A stretch of 62,555 nt of DNA, filler included, from Gonapodya sp. JEL0774 (GCA_027604505.1; 34 parts of 34 records of this genome joined end to end with filler, not necessarily neighbours in it); one strand, 5' to 3'. Numbered from the whole stretch's first letter, positions 1 through 12,326 are shown. The notes: a model not told the origin generated them from the letters alone. Made by a program: numbers and translations.

Positions 1-1437
1 CACATCGAGGACGCCCACGTCGTCATCACCACTCCCTTCCATCCTGGGTAGGTATCCAATTTGAACGTGATCGTTTTAATTTTTCATTCATTTTTGTCCT
101 TATCAATCTCTACAGTTATGTCACGGCAGACCGCATCAAGAAGGCCAAGAACCTGAAGCTTTGTATCACAGCCGGTGTCGGTTCTGATCATGTGGACCTT
201 GATGCTGCCAACACTAAGGACATTGGCGTCTATGAGGTCACCGGTTCCAATGTGACATCCGTCGCCGAGCACGTCGTGATGGCGGTACGTTTTACCCGCC
301 ATTGACCAGCTGAACATCTTTATTCCGACGCAACTTTGATGACAATTACATAAAAGATCCTCTGTCTTGTCCGCAACTTTGTTCCGGCCCACGAGATGAT
401 CAAGAAGGGTGAATGGAAAGTCGCAGATGTTGCGAAGGCGTCTTTCGATGTTGAAGGCAAGGTGAACTCTAATTCTGTTTGATTTACACTTGGTGTGGCT
501 TGTGACTCTGCTTCGCGTAATCTCAGGTTATCGGGACTGTTGGTTGCGGTCGTATCGGGTACCGGGTCCTCCAAAGGCTTCAACCCTTCGAGCCCAAGGA
601 GCTCCTTTACTCTGACTACCAACCGATCTCCAAAGGTTTGTAAACATGCACTTGAGTATTTTTATAGTTCTCCGCCATTGAACCTTCCTCCTTTGCATCG
701 TTCGAACAGAGCTGGAAGACGCTGTTGGTGTCCGTCACGTCTCCCTCGAGGAGCTCGTTGCGAAATCCGACATCATCACCATCAACGCACCTCTCACTCC
801 CGAGACCAAGGGGCTATTCAACAAGGAACTCCTCGCCAAATGCAAGAAGGGTGTATACATTGTCAACACTGCCCGTGGCGCCATCGTCGACACTCAGGCA
901 CTTGTGGACGCTGTTGAAAGGTGAGTTGAGAAGACTTACAATTGCTCATGGGAGCGTCCCCGTCGTGAAAAACCTCGAATTATTCTACAAATTAGCGGTC
1001 ACGTCGCCGGATACGCTGGTGACGTTTGGTTCCCCCAGCCCGCCTCTCGTTATCACCCGTGGCGCATCATGTAAGTCGCTTCGGCGGAGTTTTGGAACTC
1101 CGATATTTCAATCCGCTGACTCGCGATCGTTGATGGGCAATTCCAGGCCCCGACATGCGATGACCCCGCACATCTCTGGTACTACCCTGGACGCCCAGGC
1201 TCGTTACGCTAACGGTGTCAAGGATATCCTCACTCGGTAAATTTCCGAAGCAAGTGTCGCTGAGTCAATCTTTCTCGAGCTCACTTTGGTCTCCAATCCC
1301 ATATCAGCTACTACGCAAAGCAACCCCAGCAGCCCCAGAATATCATCTGCGAAGGTGGTGAGATTGTTTCCCGTGCGTACTCCAAAACCGGAAAGATCGA
1401 GACCAAGGCGCACGTCTCCAAGGAGAGTTACGTTTGA
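1..1437 (+). CDS. FDH1: NAD-dependent formate dehydrogenase, 5'-partial, multi-exon
   Basis: Spliced translation gives [71 protein letters not shown] and [18 protein letters not shown]. First intron is 48-115; TGA at 1435-1437. Confidence 0.95.
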
Positions 1438-1753
1438 AAATGAGTGACCTGAATATTGGTTCACACGTTGTTTGCGATTAGCATGTATTGTATGAAACAA
1501 GTACCTGCAAATATTATCGTCTTGAAAAATGACTCAGATGAGTGTGTGACGATGGATCTGGTTTTCGGAGCGCGGCCCGCAAAACCCGTTGGGTTTGGTC
1601 GTGATAAGGAAGGGTGAAGTCCCGCTGCCTATCCACCAACGCAACTGTGCCGTTAACCCCGCAGCAATGCTTGACGCTATTCAAACAACCCTGGAACCTG
1701 TGACGGGACTGGTCAAGGCTGCACTCCCGCACGCTGCCGGTATCTGGTCTACA

Positions 1754-1853
1754 NNNNNNNNNNNNNNNNNNNNNNNNNNNNNNNNNNNNNNNNNNNNTTA
1801 ATTAATTAANNNNNNNNNNNNNNNNNNNNNNNNNNNNNNNNNNNNNNNNNNNN
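1754..1853. other. Artificial contig linker N44-TTAATTAATTAA-N44 (first of 33; recurs about every 1.85 kb)
   Basis: An identical 100-bp spacer with stops in all six frames separates unrelated gene fragments. Contig lengths fall from 1753 to 1734 bp along the window. Confidence 0.98.
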
Positions 1854-2251
1854 TACACGCCGACTCCAGCCAATACCACGCCAGCAAGGACAACGAGAGC
1901 ATTGGTGAGTGACGTTCTGATGTTGGACGAACAGAGAGATACTGGTGTCACAGGGGATGTATCAACGACGCGAAGAGAGGTGACAGGTATTCTTACACCC
2001 AAAAGTGAAGGGGATGAGTGTACGCGAGAATGTGTCTCATTGCGTGGTGGATTATCGAAAGTGACAGTGTGGGGGGTGTCCGGACTGTGCACTCATTTTC
2101 TCGCCGTACCCCTCCGTCTGAGGTTGTATATTACATCTGCCACTCCCTCCCCAAACGAGGGCACCACACGAACAAATCCACCGGATAACTTTTCGACCCA
2201 TATCTATGGCACTGCTCTTCTTCCACAGTAACCAGGCGCTCACAAATTCGC

Positions 2252-3232
2252 TCACATTCCCCTGCCCCTACCCCTTCCTCCTCCCCGTCCCCGACCACGC
2301 CCTCGTCCACGACCACGACCTCGGCCTCTGTCAGAATCTAAATGGGGAATGAGACAAAAGGTTAGAAGAGCGACAGTTCGCCGAAGCTGTATTGCAATCC
2401 TAGTCACTAATGAACGAGCGCCATTCGATGAAGGTAGATTCCCCAAGTGACCGGAATCGTCAAGAAACACGGAAGCACAACACTGCTTCCCCTCTTTGGG
2501 GGATGGTATTCCTTTGTGAGCGCCCCAAACCTGTGACACTCACCACCTTCGCGCTTCTTCGCCTTCAACTTCGGCGCATCATCAATCAACAGGGTGTCTA
2601 GCGGCAAACTCTCGGGCAAGATAACATAACGAATGTTGGATCCTCGGATGCTGAGGGTGTCCAGCGACTGGGGATCACGGCCCTTCACCGTCATTTTGAC
2701 GGCTCGCAGGTGAGTGTTCATGGCAAGGTCGACACCCATTATTGTTCCAGCTACAACAGTTCCATTTTTGAGCTCAATTGTAACGGTCTCGTTGTGGCAT
2801 TTCTGGAGGAATCTGTGATAAGGTTGGAACCAGCCCAATGTGTTCAGCTTGGCATTCAGCAGAGACAGTAGTGGACGGTAGAGGACTGTCCAGGAACCAA
2901 GTATCTCTGCATGCATTTTCGATCGAGTCGAAGTATTGAGGTCGCGGGTCTCCACCATACCGTTTCACTGCGCAGTCCGTTCATTCTTAACACACTCTCG
3001 GTCCGGTTCCAGCACCAAACCCGGGCGAGAACATGGGTAGCATTAACGGAATAGATTGACATAATCACCAGAACCCATTTCTCGCTCTTCAAGTCCGGCA
3101 TCGCGATACCTCAAGCAGACTCATCCACCCAGGAACAGACGCGAGTCCACCCACAACACCAGGAGTGACCACGCCTTGGGAAAAAAGTCCTTCGTGACTT
3201 CCCGTTTCGCGTATTCACCTTACGAGCTTCAT
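2252..3232 (-). CDS. SMD1: Small nuclear ribonucleoprotein Sm D1 (3 exons)
   Basis: [40 protein letters not shown]...[26 protein letters not shown] followed by an RG-repeat tail. Exons at about 3232-3219, 2812-2544 and 2338-2252. Confidence 0.95.
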
Positions 3233-3707
3233 TGCGGTGTCGTTCTATTCCAAGAGGCCGTGTTCTCAAAGTCTCCAACCAACTGGCCTGTGCGGCTGCC
3301 TCACCGACCACAGCTGGTTCAAACTTTCGCCAGCCAACAGGAACTGGTGCTTGAAACAGACCAGCACCAATGGTTCTACTTGATAACGATGCCGTGAGTT
3401 GGATTTCCAGGTGAATCGCTCTTCTTGGTAGTATAAGCTTTCACAGACGGTTTTCTCATTTGCTACATGTGATTGTGACCTACACATCGTGTTCCATTCG
3501 TCATATTCGTCCGTATGCCATCCGTTTGATGAATCGATAGTTTCTTACGCAACTATCAACGTGCTTTGCAAATACGAAGACGAAGGGAACGGTTTTTATT
3601 ACAATGNNNNNNNNNNNNNNNNNNNNNNNNNNNNNNNNNNNNNNNNNNNNTTAATTAATTAANNNNNNNNNNNNNNNNNNNNNNNNNNNNNNNNNNNNNN
3701 NNNNNNA

Positions 3708-4478
3708 GTTCAAAATGAGAGTGCCCACCACCGGCTACCTCCCGTACCTTCCTTCTTCACCTCCTCTGAGGAGGAATGGTTCATATTTTCGAATCAATTC
3801 CGGGACATTCACGATGCAGTTGCGATGGCCTTCACTATTCCAAAGCCTGAGTTAACTCTTCGGAACTTCAAGTTAGTTGGTGGTGTCGCTGCTTGTGACG
3901 ATTTGTTCCATCCAGCAGACTACACGCAAGGAATTCCCGTAACTGCTTTACTGTGGTTGTTGCAGCAGGGACTCTTTCCTTGGAATATTGAGCTGGAGTA
4001 CGAGGACTGTGTGACGCTTGCCCGTAGTGCTTTTTCCGATCGTCCCTACGCAGTGCTGCCACTTTGGACTCTCCATCCGGCAATGCATCCAAGGTGGCAG
4101 AGTTCTTTCCAAGCATTTGAATCAGCTGTGTCAAAGATTGTGTTGTTTCACCCGACAGAGTGTAATACTCCACGGGACTCTGAGCAGTTGTTTTCACGTC
4201 TATCGCATCTCGCGGCAACTGCTCTGATCCAACTCAATCTCTGTTACTCTCTAGAGCACTGGGCACAATCTTCGCAAATTCTGAAAACTGTTCCTCCAGT
4301 ATTGCAAGATGGTCTCAAAACGCTGATTGACGAAGGATTTCCAAAGGTGGATGTGGTCCGTGTTGTGAAGAAGGAATGGGACGCTGCATACAACCTCGAG
4401 CCCTACAACGGCCGATTACGTTTGACCGAGAGTGTTTGGATTTCGCTTTTGGATGCATCACTGGAGGGCATATTGTAG
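3708..4478 (+). CDS. Hypothetical protein, 5'-partial, intronless segment
   Basis: Frame is open from the contig edge to TAG at 4478 (about 256 codons). No recognisable motif. Confidence 0.45.
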   Translation, partial: VQNESAHHRLPPVPSFFTSSEEEWFIFSNQFRDIHDAVAMAFTIPKPELTLRNFKLVGGVAACDDLFHPADYTQGIPVTALLWLLQQGLFPWNIELEYEDCVTLARSAFSDRPYAVLPLWTLHPAMHPRWQSSFQAFESAVSKIVLFHPTECNTPRDSEQLFSRLSHLAATALIQLNLCYSLEHWAQSSQILKTVPPVLQDGLKTLIDEGFPKVDVVRVVKKEWDAAYNLEPYNGRLRLTESVWISLLDASLEGIL

Positions 4479-5278
4479 ATGATACATTACGTATACGACA
4501 TCAATTTTAAAACTGATTTTGTGTGAACTTTCGAGACTTATCGGTCTGCAAGTTAAGCATTTCGTAATGAGACATGGACACGTCAACTGAACAAGGTCCA
4601 GGTGAATTTCCTGATGGATAACTTTGACGTGCGGCCCCTCCCACCTGTCAGTGGAAAGTTTGATCAGCGGTGTTTTTGAATGGGAAATGTGGAGCAAAGA
4701 ACAGCCATGGAACTGGCGGAGACTTAGCAAAGAAGAGAGAAAAGAGCTGATGGGCACCTTTGGATTGTTGGTCTTTGTGCATCCCACCAAACATATTCGT
4801 CTAATGTAACGGTCACCTTTCTAACCCGTGATCAAACTGCCATAAGTGATGGTCCCGACAAAGAGCGAAAGTTTTTTACTTGAATTTTGCGCACGTGCTG
4901 CCTTTTATGATAATTTCAAGGAGGGCGAAGTTCGATAGTTCGAGCCCTTGATGTGATCCAATGATTTTTGTCTGGGGCCTTGCAGCAGTCAACCCAATCC
5001 CGCAATCTACCGCCAACACCAAAACGATCCCAATCACGCACTCGAATTTGCTTCTTCCGCCCTTTGGTGTTTCTCGCTTGGCTATTACTGCGGCAACGCA
5101 TCGCATCGTCTTCTCCAACGTACACCTTGCGGAACCTCGCCGGCCTACCTCTGTTGCTCCCGCCTTTTCGACTTTTCCGAGACCGAGAATCACTCAATCC
5201 ACCACTCTCGTTACGAAGTTCGCGCGCTTTCTCCATCTTCGACACAACGTAGACACCCAAACGGCGAAGAACCTCGTG

Positions 5279-5457
5279 ATGTCGGGACACGTCAATGGAA
5301 CGAAGAAAGACTATCCGGCCAAAATCATTGACGGGAAAGCTCTTGCAGCGTAATATTGCGGTTATGTTGTGTCATACACCGATCCCAAGCGTTCTTAACT
5401 CTGTATTCTTTCCCGTTTTATCAGTTCCATTCGAGATCGTGTGAAGACGGAAATCAC
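5279..5457 (+). CDS. Methylene-THF dehydrogenase/cyclohydrolase (C1-THF synthase/FolD family), N-terminus, 3'-partial
   Basis: MSGHVNGTKKDYPAKIIDGKALAA|SIRDRVKTEI with a GT-AG intron at 5350-5424. AKIIDGKxxAxxIR is the FolD/Ade3/Mis1 N-terminal signature. Confidence 0.8.
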
Positions 5458-5557
5458 NNNNNNNNNNNNNNNNNNNNNNNNNNNNNNNNNNNNNNNNNNN
5501 NTTAATTAATTAANNNNNNNNNNNNNNNNNNNNNNNNNNNNNNNNNNNNNNNNNNNN

Positions 5558-6425
5558 GGGCGAGAAACGAACCGGAAAGGATCCTGAATGGTTCTATCGT
5601 GGATACTACAAGTACTGGCTTGATATTCAGACCCGGTGAGGTGCGGGGACGGTTTTCGTCGGAGCTCAGTCTGCTCTTGACTGACATGCGATAATCGGAC
5701 GCAACGACCCGATCGCCGGGACGCTTAGATGGATGGATAATGGTGCGCATCCTTTGAAGTTGTCTTTGAGCTCCTCGCGCTCCCGATTCACGTGCAGTCG
5801 CAAATACGGTTCTGTTGGCCGGAATTCCCTCAAGGACAGACATGTACGCACATGTCAACAACGCCGTCTACTCCTCGTACTTTGACACCATCGTGAATCA
5901 CTACTTGATCCACCATTGTGGTCTGGCGTTACCTGGAAGTGAAGCCGCACGAATGATGAAAACGGAGGACCGAGGTCTCATGGGCGTAGTGGCGGAGAGT
6001 GGATGCTCCTTTCGGTGAGTACGCTGCTAGATAGTAGCAGTGAGTGCCGGTGTTGACTTTACCAAATGCATTCGGATGGAACGATAAGGTCGAGCGTTGA
6101 ATATCCGGACATCGTACAAGCCGGCCTCTCTGTCTCAAAACTCGGCAACTCATCCGTGACTTACCGCATCGGAATTTTCCGGAAGCCTTCCCAGTACTCT
6201 CCCACCTTGGGCACACCCGTTGCTACATCCACGTGGCCCTCTCCCTCGGAAGTTGGAAACCCGGACGAGTTGTGTGCCGCAACGGGATTCTTTGTCCACG
6301 TGTTTGTTGACAGAGTGACAAGGAGGCCTGGGAGGATCGAAGATACGATGAGGAAGGGGTTGGAGGCTCTTGTCGCTGATCCTGACTCAATCAATGATGC
6401 CAGTGTATCTAAATCTAAGTTATAG
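5558..6425 (+). CDS. Hotdog-fold acyl-CoA thioesterase (4HBT/YbgC-like) with C-terminal PTS1 (SKL), 5'-partial
   Basis: Spliced IQTR|WMDN|DMYAHVNNAVYSSYFDTIVN, then VEYPDIVQAGLSVSKLGNSSVTYRIGIF and GFFVHVFVDR. Includes a 14-nt micro-exon at 5729-5742 and ends SKSKL*. Confidence 0.88.
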
Positions 6426-6628
6426 AACACTGTCAGTGGAATCGACACCTCTTTCTGCCACAATCAAAATGAACCATGATGTTGAGCTGTACTATCAAAT
6501 CCGCGACCTCGATGATATGCTAGGCATGTGAACAAGTCGTGACGGCTTAGTGTACACCGAACATTCCAGTCCGTCAATGACAATAAGTAATATAATACGC
6601 TAGTCAAGTTCAGAGCAATATACCGCAT

Positions 6629-7308
6629 TCATTCGGGGTATACTTTGGCAACATTCACACGGCTCCCCATAGAAAGCCGCGTGTGCAAGATGTTGCCGAC
6701 CCGAACGAACAGCTGAGACGTTCTTCGCCCTGCTCCGGGTGCATTTTCTGTCTCTGCTGCTCCTCCCTGGTTATCGGAACCGTCATTTTTCAACTCTGAG
6801 TACTTCCCCATTATCGAAGATTTCCTACGAAGCAGCGCTTGTACAACCTCCGACCCTGCTTTTCGCCTTTCCCTCAATCCCCGCCACACGCGTTGCGCCG
6901 TAAGCACAGCGAACGCTGTCTTGAAATCGTGCGTGTCGTTTCGCCCCACCCTTTCCGCAGCGTCTCTCAGGATACCGAGGTGCCGACGAAGTTTGCGATT
7001 TCCGGTGGGAAGTGAAACACCCCACTACGCCAAGTAACAGAGTAAATAAAGTCAGATAACTGGGGCGGCAGGAAATCAGCCTCATATGACTGCTCACGCA
7101 CCCAATAGAGAAGAAGACACGACAAAACCGAGAGGTACTTGACTTGGTTCTTCTCCACGTGCAAGTCTGCGAACAGCACCGTGATGGGAGGCTTCTTTGC
7201 GTTATGCATCCAACCATGGCGTGAAGTGACCTCAATTTGATTGTAGAATGGGACGATTTCCGCGAACGGTATATGACCGTTCCCGTCAGGGTCAAACCGT
7301 GACCACGT
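6629..7308 (-). CDS. Hypothetical protein C-terminus with IQ-like motif
   Basis: Last exon reads ...AVLTAQRVWRGLRERRK, resembling IQxxxRGxxxR. Upstream exon structure is uncertain. Confidence 0.35.
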
Positions 7309-9259
7309 NNNNNNNNNNNNNNNNNNNNNNNNNNNNNNNNNNNNNNNNNNNNTTAATTAATTAANNNNNNNNNNNNNNNNNNNNNNNNNNNNNNNNNNNN
7401 NNNNNNNNATTTTCGTTCGATATGCTGGATTGTGGAATGACGTGAGTATTGCAGCTGTGGGTTATCGCACTTTCAACGCCTCGGCCTACGGGTTCTCATC
7501 TACGGGTATTCCTCAACGTCTCCTCATCGAAATTACGGGCATTCTTCACCCAACCAACGCCACAACTGAAATCTTCATCATCTCAGAGCGCGGGGTAATC
7601 GTACCGGAAGAACAGACGTTCGGTGGGATCATATCTGTGAGTGGCTCTTCCAAAGCGCAGACGGCACCAGGTTTGGTGTCTGTGTTGAAGATATGAACAC
7701 AGAGTATGAATTTGGTGAGTCACTAGATGTATCGCACATCTGTTGCGTGCCCGTATATTTGGGTTCATCTTCGTCTGCTACTTGTCCATTATTGTCATAT
7801 ATGCAACTTAATCCCAACTCGCAGCATACCTCATATACGATCGTTGTACCACACGTTCCTCCGATGGCTCAGCCACACGCCATCGATATGAACTCGTGGC
7901 CATTCTGTACGACGCTGTGTATCACCAGTTGCAGGGGGACCGGTTCGTGGTCAACGGCAAGCTCTATCCGTCGGAGGATGATGTTATGGTGGAGTGAGAC
8001 AAAGATCAGCAGATCAGCGTTTTTAAAGTAGCGCGGAAAAATATTGTTTTGTAGTTTCCAATGTGTTTTGGAGTGGCGAATCATGCTCTATACCAACGTC
8101 ACTTTGAATTATGGATCGTAGCTTCAAAAGCCGCTGCATTGCGTGCGGCGGTGTTCTTCTGCTCGTTCTTCAACGGGATGTCATTCTCCAGCCGCCTGTT
8201 GTCCTACACCCCAACTTTCGAGCTGCTAGCTAGGCACGGGCATGGTTGTGACTTATCGTGGGCTCGGACATTCCCTGAAGCGGACAAGCAGTCAACCATT
8301 GACAGAAGATCAAGTTTCCTTTCACGGAAGGGAATCATTCGCCTGTCGGTTCGGGTCGTGGTTCTGAAAAACGAACCAAATCAGTGCACAGAATAGTAAG
8401 AGCGAAGGATTGGCAGTGGATAGGACTCTCTTTGGTGGATTAGAATTCGAATCAACGTCTTCTCAGTGGTCGCTATGCCATCCGCAGTATCGACAAAGAC
8501 CACCATGCTCTTTCCCATCGAAGCTATATCATCTCCATTGAATCAAAGCAACGCAACGTTATCTCGAGCTGCAGAGGGTGATTTAGCCATCTGAATGGGT
8601 TTCATCTCTATTTATCGTTTTGGCCAGTTCGAAATCCGCTGTCCCTTGCGAATTTGCGATTCACCGCGCCGGCTGCCATGGGGGGACCACTGGAGCGGGG
8701 ATCGGCGCTACGGCAGTCTCGAGAATAAAATGCGGAAGGACTGACGATGGTGGGAGTGAGCTGCGATTCGATCGAACATGGAATGGTGCACTGTGCGGGC
8801 AATTACGGGTGGAACACCCCAACATCAACGAAACAATACATCACGCTAGTCAGTTACATAATAATGCTGCAGTCTGTATGTTACAATGAGCGCTTTTCAC
8901 AGTAGCGAGTTTCAAGCGTACGTACAAATGTATGTCGTGCTGTGACCGGCGAATTTTGGACCGAATGATCAGACGTTCGCGAATCCGTCCAAGATTTCTC
9001 TCTCGAATCGTCTTGACTCTTGATCTCGGCTATTTGATTGATAGCTGGTCTACAGCCCGCGTTCTCTTGTGACCCAGTCATACCAATTGCAATCAAGAAG
9101 GCGATCACATATGTCACAGCGAATCGCAATATACATAACCGATTCTTCCCTGCCGCCTANNNNNNNNNNNNNNNNNNNNNNNNNNNNNNNNNNNNNNNNN
9201 NNNTTAATTAATTAANNNNNNNNNNNNNNNNNNNNNNNNNNNNNNNNNNNNNNNNNNNN

Positions 9260-9864
9260 CCTTATTGCGTTTGGGCTTGGGTGCCTGGAATGCTTTACTA
9301 GAAATAATGCCAGAGTTGACTCCTTGCCATGAGAGCTCGCCCCCAAGTCTTCCAAACTCCATTTTTGGACAACGATCCATGACAACCGTGAGTCCTGCTG
9401 CTTTCACTCGTTCAGCTGCTGCGTCATTCCGAACTCCAAGCTGCATCCAGATCACTTTTGCCCGTCCATCCGCAATCGCGTCATCCGCAGCCTTGCCAGC
9501 CGCCTCTGAGTTTCGAAAAATGTCAACCTATTTGAAAAATCAGATGAAACTCGCGATGATAAGAGAGGTGAGTTTCAATCCTTCACGAACAGACCATTTC
9601 AAAAGGTAGAGGAACACTATTCAAATCTTTGTACACGGTTTCCCCCAAGAGAGTCTGGCCAACGGCAACTGGATTAACAGGAATCACGCGGTATCCTTTC
9701 CCCTGCAGATATTTCATCACGAAAAAGGAGGGCCGATTCCAGTTCGTGCTCGCTCCGATCATGACGATGGTCTTCACGGAAGTTAAGATTCCCCGCAGGA
9801 AGTCATCAGAATAGACCAAAGGGGCCGGTTGAACAGATGCGCTCGCTGCTGGTGTTGAAACCAT
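9260..9864 (-). CDS. CoA-binding protein (YccU/CoA_binding_2 family), bacterial-type, one intron
   Basis: [35 protein letters not shown]...[10 protein letters not shown]...[15 protein letters not shown]...[14 protein letters not shown]. Intron 9594-9528 is GT-AG. Confidence 0.9.
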
Positions 9865-10021
9865 CGTTGAAAGTCGCTCCGTTCCGTTGGTCCGTCCGGA
9901 ATCAAAAGGTGGCCCGGTCTTCTCACAAACGACTTGAGACGTTTATAACAATGAAAGTTTATTGCACACAGAGAAATAGTGATCACATATAATCAAGTGG
10001 ATATTCGTTAGAAGATGCGCT

Positions 10022-11009
10022 TTACGGAGCCTGACTAAGAATCAATGCTTGGTCTAAATCGGCGATCAGATCGTCCACATCTTCAATCCCTATGGACAGA
10101 CGAATGACGTCGGGACCGGCCCCCGCTGCAACTTGCTGATCCAAGGTAAGCTGTCGATGAGTGGTAGAGGCTGGATGGAGGATGAGCGAGCGGGTATCCC
10201 CTCTGAAACCGCCCGGCATTAGCAATTCAAGTTCAGGTCTTCGCAGACTGGAAAAGGGACAGTGCTCGATACTCACACGTTAGCAAGATGCGAAAAGATT
10301 CTAACGCCCTCAACTACTTTGGTACCGTTCTCGAATCCTCCTTTTACCCCTGGAACATCAACACCAATAGCAATTTTCACACACACACATTTCAAAATTT
10401 ATACCACCAGAACAGCTCACCGAATGTGAAGACACCACCAGCTCCCTTTTTGAGATACTTTTGGACAAGCGGCGCATACTTGCTTCCTGGCAACCCCGCA
10501 TACGACACCCATTCTACTGCAGGGTGAACCTGTAGGAACTGAGCGATCTTGAGCGCATTAGAACAGTGTCGGTCCATCCGTAAGTGAAGTGTCTCGATCC
10601 CTGTTATAGCCAAAAAGGCGTTGAAGGGGGACAACGTCGGCCCGAAATCACGGAGAGCAACTGCTCGTGCCTTTGTCGTGAAGGCAAAGTCGCCAAATGT
10701 TTCTGCACCAATCGCGCGAAGTTAGGCCAAGAACAAAAAAGAGACGATCTTGAGTCAGCCACCTACCGTAGAACGTGAGACCATGGTAGGCTGGTTCTGG
10801 TTTGGTCAAGCCCGGGAACTTGTCGTTCTGATTCCAGTTGAACTTTCCAGACTCAACAATGCATCCACCGAGACTATTACCGTGACCCGACAGAAACTGC
10901 ATGGATCAATGTTGTTGCGAGCAAAGTTTACTTGAGTGCTTTGGCGCTGATACGTCTTGAAATACGATGAAGAACCCACTTTGGTGGTGGAATGAATGAC
11001 TATATCAGC
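10022..11009 (-). CDS. O-acetylhomoserine aminocarboxypropyltransferase/sulfhydrylase (MetY/Met17 family), 5'-partial, multi-exon
   Basis: PLP-lysine motif HSTTK|FLSGHG, plus [46 protein letters not shown] and [21 protein letters not shown]. Confidence 0.93.
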
Positions 11010-11109
11010 NNNNNNNNNNNNNNNNNNNNNNNNNNNNNNNNNNNNNNNNNNNNTTAATTAATTAANNNNNNNNNNNNNNNNNNNNNNNNNNNNNNNNNNN
11101 NNNNNNNNN

Positions 11110-11629
11110 AGGAGCTTTCGGGTCGAGAAGTCCCATATTATAATATCCGCCTGCATTTCAGCGTACCCATTTGTCACATTAATGAGCCCACGCTTCGGAT
11201 ATCGTAAGGGCTCTTTCGGACATGGAACACACCTGGAATCCCATGTGTGTGATCTGTCCACTTGCAATGAGCCTCCCACTCCTCGAGACCATTAAGCAAC
11301 TAATTTGATTTGTGTGGCCCTGTCAAAGAAAATGAACCAAGATGTTGAATCGCGCAACACCAACGCGCAAAAGCACCTGTAAGAACTCCTGCGAGTTCGG
11401 CTTGTTATCCTTTTCGAGAACCACGTTCGCTCCCACAGAATAGACGAGGTGAATTCCATCTGGATGCTGAATAGATTGACTTTCAAGCGGGGAAACGCGA
11501 GTTGGACCGATACATTCGCGTGTCTGAACAAACCTTGATGAGTCCACCCGGAGTGTTCCCACCAAATGCGACGGTGGACTCGAGCTTCAAAGAGAGAGAG
11601 GAATGGCCTGCAGCCACGGATGCTGCCAT
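11110..11629 (-). CDS. CFAP52: Cilia- and flagella-associated protein 52 (WDR16), N-terminus, 3'-partial
   Basis: LKLESTVAFGGNTPGGLIK|HPDGIHLVYSVGANVV...QEFLQ|GHTNQISCLMVSRSGRLIASGQITHMGFQ|ADIIIWDF matches the CFAP52 N-terminal WD repeat. Confidence 0.88.
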
Positions 11630-11732
11630 CGTGCCAATATGGAATCCCAGCGTAGGGGACTGGTGGCAGCACTTCAAGTGCCGCCGTGACGATTATTTTG
11701 TAGCACCACCCCACATCGTGTCTACCCTTGAG

Positions 11733-12326
11733 ATGAAGCTCAATCTATTGATTCTCGTCCTATTCGTGGTATTGTCTCTTGCCCTGGGAGCTCAAGCATT
11801 CTTCGAGCAAGTTGGTAACTCCGCTCCTTATGAAAGTGATGTTAGTCCATCAGTGAACTGGTCGAATTCGTCAGTTCTTTCAGGACGGGCAGCAGCGAGA
11901 AGAGGAGCATCGGCAAGAATCTAATGGACAGCATTCGTCGAGTGGAGGTTCGAATCGCCGGTCGTTCATGATGTTCTCGTCGCAGAACTAACAACCAACA
12001 ATTGGAAAGTAGCATGCACACAGTATCTATGCAAAGACACGAAAGTCTGTGTTCCTTTCCCGAAGGTAAAATTCTATTGTCGTTCGGGCTTGGCGGCCTA
12101 GCTCTGTTGTAATGCGGTTCACTTCACGGTTTGCACGATATGTATTGAACAAGGACTGTCCAGTGAGTCACCAACATTCAGACTATGCGACTTCGCCCTC
12201 CGAACCTTGAACTGCGATAACTTCTTGAAACTCAACCAGTGTCGGAACCCTCTCCACAAGAAATGCCATATCGGAGTCGACCATTTTGTCTGCATCTCAG
12301 GAAATAATCGTTGTCCAGAGGTTTAA
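11733..12326 (+). CDS. LCL2: Lcl2-like small secreted cysteine-rich protein
   Basis: Signal peptide MKLNLLILVLFVVLSLALGAQA, then FFEQ|FFQ, CTQYLCKDTKVCVPFPK|DCP and CHIGVDHFVCISG. This resembles the fungal Lcl2 pattern YLCxxTxxCVxxPxxCPC. Confidence 0.7.

Noticed and set aside
2256..2330. Purine/pyrimidine-skewed short repeat
   Set aside because: It encodes the normal RG-dipeptide tail of SmD1.
1..11009. Apparent one-carbon/sulfur metabolic cluster (FDH, FolD, thioesterase, MetY)
   Set aside because: These genes lie on different contigs separated by linkers, so their proximity is arbitrary. Only the metY and CoA-binding pair share a contig.
9260..11009. Bacterial contamination
   Set aside because: Both genes are interrupted by canonical spliceosomal introns at positions that restore conserved motifs.
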